Origin: Magallana gigas
Taxonomy: Eukaryota
Assembly: GCF_963853765.1 (NCBI RefSeq)
Contig: NC_088860.1
Coordinates: 27,032,001-27,096,000 of the forward strand
DNA length: 64,000 bases
Direction of reading: 5' to 3'
Below the pieces are notes generated by a model. It searched no databases, was not told the origin of the DNA, and saw nothing but the letters and a program-made list of their open reading frames with translations. Positions within the stretch are counted from its first letter, which is position 1, and the number at the start of each line of letters is the position of its first letter. Positions 38,110 to 50,100 of the stretch are shown here, in pieces. A program made the translations under genes and the position numbers.

Positions 38110-41100
38110 TGGAGAAAGAGAGAGAGGGAAAAAAGAGAGATAAAAGAAGGTAGAGACAAATTAAGGAGTGATCATCTTACCCTCTTAGAGCGAACCAGGA
38201 CTATGGAGTCTCGATGCGTGGATATCTAATGCAGTATACACACAAAATTGACAACAAGCATGCTTCATACATTGACAACATCGAAATCAAGAAAAAAAGC
38301 TATCTTATTTTATTTTGTTGTATTTGTAGGAGGTTGGGGAGTTGAGGGGAGTGGGTTTATTTTTTACTTGCTTTTTAAGAAAACAATGAAGGTGGGAGAC
38401 AATTTATTCTGCGTGTTTGCGTGTTTGGCGGCCAGGCATTATTTTTTTTCTTTCAATGCTTTCATGGCTGAAAGGGAGGATGTCATTTCACCTGCAGACA
38501 AAATTAAATCCACAACAACCATGCCCAATTTAATATTAAGTTTATAAAACAACAACAGCAACAACAACAACAAACAATGTCTGAGAAAAGATACAACAGG
38601 GTTCTCTCCCTTACCACACTTGCAGGTCCTTTCATTGTTTCATCCTTAACAAGTACAAAAGGGTGCCAGTTATAAATCTGTGACTTAAAATCTCTTGAAA
38701 AATCATTTTCATGAAAAAATCACAGAATCTAAAGAAATGTTTATTGTAATCAGTCTAATATGATGATGTTAAAAGAGATCAGATTTTCTTTCGTGTATCG
38801 AACCTTTAATGTTTTTTTGACAAATAATTTTAATGTAAATTACAGAGTGACTCAAAACAGTTATAAATAAACAATAAGAATAGAAGTTCACAGCTAACAG
38901 TCACTTGGTACAACACCAAAAGTTTGGGAAAGTTTACTTTAAAATAAAAAATCAAAAATCAAAATTATTTTGGAAGTCAGCAATTATTTTAATTAATAGA
39001 CTCGTTTATTGTTTACATAATTTCAGATTACAAAAAAAAAAGAAAACTATTTTACAATACATAACTCTTACATGCTTCAAAGCCATTGGAAGTTAGTTAA
39101 TGAATTTCAATCATTTTCCAAAATCATTTTCACCTAATCTTAATTTAAGTTTAACAATTAAGTTTTTAGGAAATGAACCTTTAATTTATATTACTTAAAT
39201 TAAATTAAATTAAATACTCGATTTTTTAAAAAAATGTTTTGGAAATTAATTTCTTAAAAAGTTTTATTTAATATCTATAGGTGCAATGTGCTGATCAATT
39301 CCATAACCATATCTTATATCGAATATTTGACCATCCAAGAAAGAAATCAACACAAGCAAATAAATGTAAAGAGATAATGAAAGGACACGGTCCTAACGAC
39401 TTTGTTCGTTAATTACCACAGTTACAGTGCGATCCTCCTTTTTCTCTGGCTTCACATTTAAAAAATCAAATGTTAAATTTCAAGGCATAAAAAAATTAAA
39501 TGATCTAATAAGAAGTCTCTGTGCATTAGGTTTAATTTAATTTTTCCAAAAATATAAAAATACATGCATAAAATGTTGTTTTGTGTGAGTATAAATAAGT
39601 ATGTATAAAAACTGAAATGCTACAACAAACTATATTTTTTTCAATCTTTATATTTGAAAATTTTTTAGAATTATCTAGTAAACTGAAATATATTTGTTAT
39701 TGCTGTGTAAAAAATGTATTTCAATTGTATTTTCTATTTAATATAGTGACTTATGAAGATACATATACACAGTTAGGATTTTCAGGCATGCATCAATAAA
39801 TCAATTCTGATTAAATCATCGTGTTGTACGTTATCTTTAGAATTATGTTGGGGTAGGTAGGTGTATGAATTTTCATGATTTTAGGTTTTATAGAATGTTT
39901 CCACATTAGAGAGGAGAGTTATGTACCTTGGCTAAAAGGGTATCCTCATCCTCTACGGGAGGGTTTTCCTCGGTCAGCGACCGGATCAGAGTGGCTATCG
40001 ACTTCTTCAGCACATACTCCTGAGAAAAAAAAATTCAAGAAGATAACAATCAACTTAAATCCAAAGCTTTAGTTGGGTCCCCCTTTTCATCAATCCATTA
40101 TTAATATGTCTTTTGATCTAATGCATTTATCAAGAGTACTATAGCTCCTACATGAAATCTCTTCAAAGAAAAAATTTTTTCACATCATATATGATAACCC
40201 AATGGATTGTTCAACCATATAATGCCACTTTAGAAATATATGTACTTGTTCAATGTTATTTTTTCTTCTTTATACACGATTGTGCAAAATCCTAACTCGG
40301 AGCAAAATTTGTGCAGTTAACACTTGATTGTTTTTTGGGGTTTTAAGAAAAATCAAGTCAGAAACTCTGTATTTATGAATACTTGATTTAAAATTTCGTC
40401 ACGAATTTAAGGTTGATTTATACTACCAACGGAATTAAATCCCCAACGAATAATTTTGCTTCCACAGTAGATAACATGTATTAATGATGCAACATAATGT
40501 CCCATTTACTGTTCACTCGGATAACGATCAATCTAATGCTATTTATATCACTAATATCTGAAAAGATGATAGAAAATGTAGAGGAAAAACCTTCTAAAAA
40601 TTTATTTTTACTGCTCTTCAAATGAGACTAGAAATAAAGATAAATAGACCTAAGGTATTTCCACCATAGAAAGAAGATAAGAAGACCTTTTTTAAATGAG
40701 ATGAAATAAAAGGTTGGGGTGGGGATATTTTGTTTACGGCGTCTTACAGACCTCTTTGATCCCACAGTTGTGGAAGTGACCGACCCTCAGAATGTGGTTC
40801 ATGTAATCACAGACTTTGTTGTCAAACACCATGGCCTGGTTTTTCTGGTTTCCCTGGAATCAACATACAGCAAAAGACTACTAAGTGGCATTAAAAGCAG
40901 TACTTAAACATGATACATGTTGTCAATATCATTAAATGAAACATTTTCTAAATGAACATTGTACCTTATTTTTATTCAAAGAAATGATGTTATTTTAGAA
41001 ATACCCCAATACACGTATATATAACTCAGAATACTGTATACAGGGAAGTATTTGCCACCGTTTCATTTCCCCGCTAATTGTCAGCGGGCGAATTTAATAC

Positions 41101-44100
41101 TGGACAAATTCCAATGTCTCAAATTATCACTCTTCAAACACATCTGTATATGGGCAAAATCAAGAAGGGGCAAAACCGTTTGCAAGTGTAGAAGGGCGAA
41201 AATTACACAGGCCAAAAAAACCCCTCTGTATATAGTGATTTTTTTATTTTTCATATAAATGATCAATATTCCATTAGAAAGAAGGTCGTAAACATATGAC
41301 CAAGCAGTTGTGTTCCCAACCCCCACAGCACCTCCATGTCTTGATACAAGTACTCACCGAAGTGAACTCTACCAGTGTGTCAAACAGCTGTACCACTAGC
41401 GGCATTGACTTGTCACTGATATTGGAGTATAAAATGTTCAGAAATTTGGTAGTTTCTCCAACCAAGTTCACCGATTTAATGTTGTCTGGTTGCTCTCGTA
41501 AATAGTTCTACAACAAAATGACACCATATGAGAGAGTTACTGACCATAAATTTGTCAACGCATGATTATAATTATTTGTCATCTGGGGGTTTGTTTATGA
41601 AAGTAAGTAACATGGTTTAGGAAAAGGAAAAACTATTGTACTTGAATATCATGATGCTGGTTGTCGCACATCAATCCCAGAATTCTTAGCACCAATTCGA
41701 TGTAGCCATCGTCCCTAAACTCCAGATCCCCAGACATGCTCATTGCTGCTTCCATCAGCTCCTGTAACTCCTCCTCCTCCACGTTCTGTGAGACAAAAAA
41801 ATAAACCTTGTGATATCAGGAATCTTTTTGTTATAGACAATAACACACCCTATCAGAGAAGTCAGCACAACTACTTGTTCTACTTGCTAAAACTCCATAA
41901 CAAAATCTTTTTATCAAACCCACAAGAATTTTTTTAATGATAAAACAACTGAACCAAATCAGGCAAATCTCTGCTATCATTACAGCACAACACCTACTGT
42001 TATTCATTACTGGTATTCAAATGGTAACAGGTTCATGACCGAACTGTTTATTCAGAATCAGAATTTTAATATCTGGAATCCAATGGCTGAACTCACCCCT
42101 ATGATGACCTCAGGGTTTTCCATGGGTGCAACCTTTGACTTGGGCCCGGCCAGGCCATTCAGTTGTAGACTAGATTTGTTGCCCCCGTTCATCATTACCC
42201 CCGGCAACAACATATTACTACCCAGGTTAGATTTACCCTGGCTCAGTTTGGATTGTGATCCTAGCTGAGAGCCGAGTCGGGAACGAGATCCCATTCGGGA
42301 TCCAGCATTCGATCCCACCTGAAAGAGAAAAGCTTGTTATGAGAGAGAGATTCATATATTAAATCTTCTGCAAAATAACTTCACATATGGAAAATATTGA
42401 ATATAATATATTAATCATGTAAAATACAGTTTAAACCTTTCATTTATTAATGTGTCTTAAAAATCTTGTCATATAATGAGGTTTTTTTTAGAACCTCCCA
42501 TATACCCAATGATATAATGCATTCAAAGTTGATAAAACAATATCCAATGCCTTCCGTTAACCCAGAATAAGCTGGCAATGTTCACCTTGAGGTTGGCCAT
42601 GGACCTCTTCTTGGCCATCGATAACATGGATCCTAGCTGGTTGGCTTTCATTATCTCCTGTAATAGAGAGCCACAAGTCAATTAAATTAAACACCTTTAA
42701 TTTCTTCAATAAAGAGACAGACGTATACAATAATATATACAGAGACACAGAAAATTAGTAAATAATAGTGATGGGAATCGGTGAGATTTTCATAATCTAT
42801 AAGCGGTTTCCCGCAACTAACTTATTATCGATCATAATCGGACATTTTTACATTTTATAGTGTAGTGCTAAATAAATGTAAATAAACAAGTTACAATGAA
42901 CAGACTCATTACTAGGCTTTCGTAATTTGATTTACTTAGTATTTCTAGCCATAAAAAAATTATTTTTAACAGATTTTCTTTAGTAGGCAGTCCAACATTA
43001 ATTTTCTTGAAATCAAAATGCTTCCAAATTCGAGAATGTGCTCTATTTCCCCTAGTAAGAATATGGAGCTCGTCTGACATGTCAGCCATTTTCAGACCGC
43101 AAGCCTTTTTAGGGTTTAGATAGTTCGCATCGAGAATATTCTGTTCATGATGTGCGCTCGTTGAAAGGGACAAAAACCTCAACCGATTAATCGTAATGAA
43201 ACCTTTTATGATCGAGCTCTTCGAATGCGACAACAATCGATAGATTTTCGATTATAATCGATGATTGGAACATCACTAGTAAATAAGCTTTGAAAAGTGG
43301 TTCTTTATATTTTGGCAGGTAGTTTTTGCTTAGAAAAGTTTAACAAATCAAAATCACTTAATAGGTTTAAACCAAATGCATGCAGTTGATGGAATTGAAT
43401 TATTTTTTTATGACAATGATTCTTGTACTTCTTTTTCATACGAGGAAGTGATTCAACTCTTAAGGCTAGACAAAGCAGATACTCTAAACTGATTTAATGC
43501 TGTATATGAGCTGGCACTGACCGTCTGAGCCAGTTTGCCGGTTTCCATGGCTTTCCTGAGAGCTTTGGCCTGCTGTACTGCTTCCTCCACCTTGGCTTGA
43601 TGCATGGCATGGAGAAGTCGCCTACAAACACAGAACTTAGTCAATAAAACACATAACACAAGACGTAAACTACAAAACATGAAATCAAGACTCTGACAGC
43701 GACATTAACTAACTGATCCATATATGTTAATACAGATTGAATTTTCAAGTCCGAACAGCTTTACCTCTTTTAACACTGCTAAATCCGACTTCGGTTTTAA
43801 AGCAGTGAAATTTCAAGGATGATGCCTTTTTTTTTAGATAGATTTCCAAAATATCAAAATTTGATTGGCATTGCAGGTGCCTTTTAAGGCTGATCAAAGC
43901 TCATAAATAGGCACATTACACCCTAAAGCACATCCCAAACCTGTGGTTGATGTATAGTTTTCCTTTCATTGTCTTAGATTTTTGGCATTTATATCTTGTT
44001 TTATATGCATTTCCTGTTTGTAAATAATGCTTTGACAGATAATCAAAAGTATTCCAAACTCAAGATTAGCTTCATAACAGTTTCAACAACTTTTTGCAGT

Positions 44101-47100
44101 CTTCCGTCATGTACTTTCACATTAGGTGCATAAACTATAAATAGCCAAAGTGTAAGCACATCGATCCATAGATCATCAATGTTAATACATGTACCATGAT
44201 GCAACAGTGCATCAATTTCCCTCCCTATAATGGTTAGTTACATATCTAAAGAAAAACCCTAATAAATTTCATGCGATTCCTACCTGCATATAACACAAAT
44301 GAGACAAGGTTTTTCACTAAGAATGCAAATTAATTTCTTCACGTGCAATATTTTTCCCTTATACCACACACTTACTTTTCTCTGGTTGCCAAGGCAGACA
44401 TGTGTATACGGCTCTTTATGGCAAAGAAGAACGTCTCTTCTCTCGTACCTGTGAAGTAGGCTATGAGACTGTTCTGTAAAAAAGATAAGCCATGGTTTCA
44501 TGAAATACAGATCAAATTGCTTCCATCACTTTCTTCTTGCCATTTTTTGGTATTATGAAAAAGAAAAAGTTTCTTTAATGCAATTAAACCACTGAGCTAG
44601 CCTATGCAATATGGATATTTTTTTTTTTTTTAATTCCCCTCTTTTCTCTGTGAAAAAGATGCACAAAATACATATATTGTCAAAATAAACAATAAACTGT
44701 GAAAGTATCCTTTTTAAATTTACAAGAGTTAATTGGAGAAAAAAGTTGGTGATGTTTTACTAACCTGCACATCTTCGTTGCCATTAAATAACAGGCTGGC
44801 AAGGAAGCCGAGAGTCTCCCGCACCACGCTGTCCTGCGTGCTGTTGAGATGGTCCAGGGTACTGGTGACCACATTGTAATGGTTCAGTGCATTCTGTACA
44901 TCCTCTATAGCCTTCAGCTGCCTACAATATCAAACACAGAAAAAATGATAAATTCTTTAATTACATGCTAAATGATGACATACAGCTTTTAGTTTTCAAA
45001 TACAAGTTTTTTTTTACTAGATCAGAGCTATATCATCAATTACACATAAACTTCAATATTGAGAGAGAGAGAGAGACAGAGAGAGAGAATAATGTAGAAG
45101 CAGAAATATTTGTTGAGGATTTAATTTCGTTGTCAGTATTATTCAACCAAATTAAATCCATGTCGAATTTTTAACCCAAGTATTAATGATTACCAAAAAA
45201 TTACGATATGACGAAATTAAATGCCAACGAAATTTTATTTTGTTTAAAAACAATGAAATTTTAACCCAACAAAAATATGGGCTTCTACAGTATCTCTAAT
45301 ACATTCATTGTCAAATCTTTGGTTTTCAGAGGAAAGACTACCAATTAAACCAATGAAAAGGATTCATTTGTTTGAAAGTTAAACATTTCATATATAAAAT
45401 GAAAGTGAAAATAATTTTTCTGTGCCACAAACATTCCTTTACTAAAAGTTTAAACAATTGACATGCAATTTTTTTTTTTTACAATATCGAGAATGAAATT
45501 AAATTTTTTCACTAGATTTGTTTCAAAATTTAATTTGCAATTTTACATTTACGAAGAAAATAAGTCACAATGTTGACCATTCATAACAGGAATGAAAACA
45601 TGCTAGAAGAAACATTAACTCTATAGGAATTGTGTCTTGTTTGCATTGCAAACAATTACATGTAATTCCCAAATTTGCAATGATTTGTAAATATTTTAAA
45701 GTTCCTAACAAAAGTTCCAGACAACATTGATACCACTGTGTACACTACCGTATGATCAGTTTTTCACTGAGAAGCAAAAACAGATTTATTTCACCAATTT
45801 CCTTTGTAAATACATACATGTACATTCAAGTTATTAAGAAAATAAAAAAAATTAATATTACTTGAAAGTTCACTATCATGTATTACTAAATGAAACATTT
45901 GTCTCCAGCAACTAATACAATTTATTCATTAATCATTCATGAATAAGATCTTTAGGATCCTCAATAAAAATGCATAATAATATTATCTGGCAACAGAGGG
46001 CCTTATTAGCTCAGGACTTCTCTTTTTATTTGCCTTGTTATAAAAGAAAGTTGATAATATTCAAATCATTTCAAATATATGTACATGAATAATCTAACAT
46101 ATTTTGAATGTCAAGCTGGTTGCAGAATTTAATATCCGGCTTTTTTCTAAAAAACATTAGAAGTCAAATATTTAACTTTGTCAACATACGTAATTCATTG
46201 CACTAATAGCAAAAAGGCTTTAGATATAAACTCAGAATATATGCTATCATTTAGTTTGACATTTTAAGAAATATCCTAAAATTCCTTACCTGCGATGCGA
46301 AGACGATTCTGTCTCCCACTCGTTTGGAAGCTTTACTATCTCATTGTGAATCAGACCGCGAAGAAGCTGAAGACATTTCACATCTAGGTCAACCTGCTCC
46401 AATTTCTCCTTTTCAGTCAAGTGTGACCGTGAAAGTTGCGAAGAAATTCTGCAATAAAAAAGCAATCAGGCATTTAAAGATACTCAACTTAAAAAGAAGA
46501 AAGAAATTTTGTTTGGAAAATATAATAAGCCTAAATCAAACTGTAAATGATTATGAAAAAAAATGTAGATTTTTTTTAATATATATCAAAACCTTCATTA
46601 AGAAATCACCTATAGTTCAATATGTTTCAAAAACCCATAGTAGCCAAAGTTCTACTGAATGTACCAGTATTTGTGTGACCTCATAAAACAAGGCACTTAC
46701 GAGAGTTGCTTGATGAGTTTCTCGCTCAGCTTGAACTTTTGAACGGGGTCTTTCTTACTGCTGTCGATAAAACATCGCAGGTGTTCCTGAAACTCCATCC
46801 CCAGGGGGAGCTCCTCATCCCCTCCCAGCTCTGAGTAGTCTAAAAGTCAAATATAGACAAGTTATACACAAGTTAACCCTAGCACTAGTCTAATAGTCAA
46901 ATATAGACAAGTTATACACAAGTTGACCCCAGCATTAGTCTAGAAGTTAAATATTAAAGACAAGTTATACACAAGTTAATCCTGCAGTCTACTCAACATT
47001 TAATATCAGTGGTCTAGTAGTTAATATACTACTATATGCTTATATACTGACCTAAATTGGATGGGAAGCCAATCTGAGCTTGTACAGTGTTGGGGCCACC

Positions 47101-50100
47101 ATAAGCCACCTTCATATTGCCGGCAAATACATTCAGCTGCTTGTTAATTTCCACCTCCATTTCGTAATAATCTTCATAGGTCTTAAAATGTAACATATAA
47201 ATTCAGTTTATACCAAGAAGTACTCAGCATGAAATTACATTCCGTGTAATATAATGCACAAAGAGCAGAATGACATAGCTAGTTTAGTTTTAGTTTTCTA
47301 CCTTTCTGGCATCGCTGCGGACATCTTGAGAAGCTAAACCTCCTCCATATTTTTCTTGGAATTCTTCCATATACTGTAAAAGTATTCAAAGAATGATTAC
47401 CCACCATGTGTAAGGAGATTATAACCTCTCATGATCAATTAAAAAGTGCTTTATTCACACATTAATACTTGCAAAATAATGGTGCTGTATTAAACCAATA
47501 ATATAGGTCAAAAATATTTCATGTGATATAAAGATCCAATCAAACTTCATTGGTACTGAATACATTATGAGCTAAATGTGTGGTGTTGTTATTACTGAAA
47601 TAAAATCCACCTATTCTTCTTGATTCTGAACTTTATTAGCAATTAATACAAAGAAATAAAAAACTAACTGCATGCAGTCTTGATTAAAACAGATCATTAA
47701 TGTACTGCAAATTTTGATTAGGCAATCATATGGGTTAATGTGTCAAATAGCATATACCCTGTATAAGTGATTAAACAATCAATGCGAAAGAAATTAAAAC
47801 AATGATAGCTTAAAAAACACTTTAACACTCTTTAAAAGATAAAACGACTGGTCAATATTTCAATTACAGCATGACATGAAGATCAACATTCATTGAACAC
47901 CGTCTCAATTTGAGAGCATCAAAAACAGGACAGAGAACTGGACACATAGAACAGTAATTGATACCTTTAGGATCTTAAGCTGGAATGATTGAACCGTACA
48001 AAGTCAACTCAAGAAATACAGTTTTACAATCTGTCCCAAAACAGGGGGATCCCCTCAATCCAAAATTCTGTCTTCGTAATAATTATCAAATGAATATACA
48101 GGTACTGAAGATTCTTCAGCTTTTATAATATAAAGGCCAAATATTTAGGAAACACAACATCCCTTGCCCACAAGTTCATGCCCTCAAGAATATATTACAA
48201 CCTGTTTATATAATATGCATAAAAATCTGACAAAAATTTGCCCCACCAATCATTTGTCAATCTGACTTTTAAAGTCAAGGCTACAAGTCTATTTAGGCAC
48301 CTCCTATACGCACATTTAGTCAGCATAGCAAAGTATAATATTAAATGCATGAATTCTTTTTTTTTTTATTAGCCTGAGTCACTGCCCTGACAAAAAAATG
48401 AAGAGAATATATTGTATATATCATATATTTATAAATATTATATACATGTTTGTACATGTCTAAAATATAAAGATGGTCACCCCATCCCCGTTTACATACC
48501 CGAACAGGAAGTGTGGAGGCAGACAGCAGTGATGTCATACACGAGACCAAGTTCTTCATCTGTCGCTCTATACTGATCAGTGGTGCAATCACCTCCATGA
48601 AATCCTGAAGACAAACATTGCAGATAACCAAAAATTGAATAAACCATGCAATCTAATAGATCCCCTTCCGACGTTTATTCTTCAATTTTGATTTTAAAAA
48701 AAAACATATACAGAAGAATCATCTATAGTAGTAGGTGTTTATTGAAAATACTGGCCAGGACCAGGGTCAACTTACTTTGAATGATGTGGCAAGTTTGTCC
48801 ATTTGCTCCGGCTCTTCAGGGAACATTGAGGAGTCAGGCTGGTAGAAAGACCGGCAAAAAATCTGGAAAAAAAAACCCAAAGGTTCATCAGTTTTCTCCA
48901 AGTCACATTCTACATAATTCCAGCAGTCATCTTCTGAATGTTTATTTCCCTTTGTTTGAAAAATCTTAATTTATTGGCTTTTATCAACCAACTTAATATC
49001 AGCAGTGTTATCCAATGGCAAAACTTCTCAACATGTGTAATCACATGATATTACATTACAAAGAGAATACTGGAAATTCCTAATTAAACGCGAGGAATTA
49101 AGGTAGCTCGCGGGTTTACCTGCTTGTGAGAAAACCTACCTTGAAAATTTGTCCACGTGATCCATAGGTTTTATAGTTTTATTTCTAAAATTTATTTAAG
49201 ATTCGTCTGCGCGGAAATAATGTTATCGTGTTTCAAATACAGTGTCATTAATAAAATCAAGCAACGCAATTTCAATGAAATATATAGTAAAATGCACATT
49301 TTAACCGAGAAACGCATTACAAAACTATGCTCCAAACTTTTAAACGATTCAGACGAAATTAATCATACTCAACACAAAAACAGAGGAGATAATTATGAAT
49401 CAATTCATAAAAAAATATCAGTATGTGTTCTCGGCCAATTTTTGGCAAAAAAACTTTAAAGATTTAAAAGATTTCTCAAAACCTTATATTTTCATTCCGA
49501 CGTTAGCCTGACGTCATCATTTCCTTACTTCTTAGAACACCAAAATTGAAATGCATTCATTGACAAGACTAGCTGTTTAACACATTTTAGAACATGTAAA
49601 TGCTTATTAGACATTATTGTGAATGTTATCAAATGCAATTAATGTAAGGCTGTAAAGATACAGAAAATTGCTATTCTTGTTTTTATGAAACTCTGAGTCA
49701 ATCAATGCAAAAATAAATTGCCAGGAAACCACTAACATTATAAGTAAGTAATCGAATAAAACAGTTATCTCAAGCCAAAAGAAATTTAAGAATTTAATCG
49801 GTAGTACAAATTACGGAAGTTATAATTGTAAAAAAAAAAAGCGAAGTTATTGCATACATTCTATTTTAAAACATGACTTTAAATGGAAGAGCTCTAACGC
49901 ACACTCAATCTTTATCTTTATAAAACAAAATGTGACAATGTATGTGACATCTTTAAATTTTCAGCACTTGATATTATGAATCTTTGTATAAACAGTCATA
50001 AACCGCATATAAGCTTTTTAAAATATTTTCTTTTATACTTCTAAATATCTCATTTGTCATTTTAAAATAAAATCATGAGTTTACTATGACGGTCAACTCT

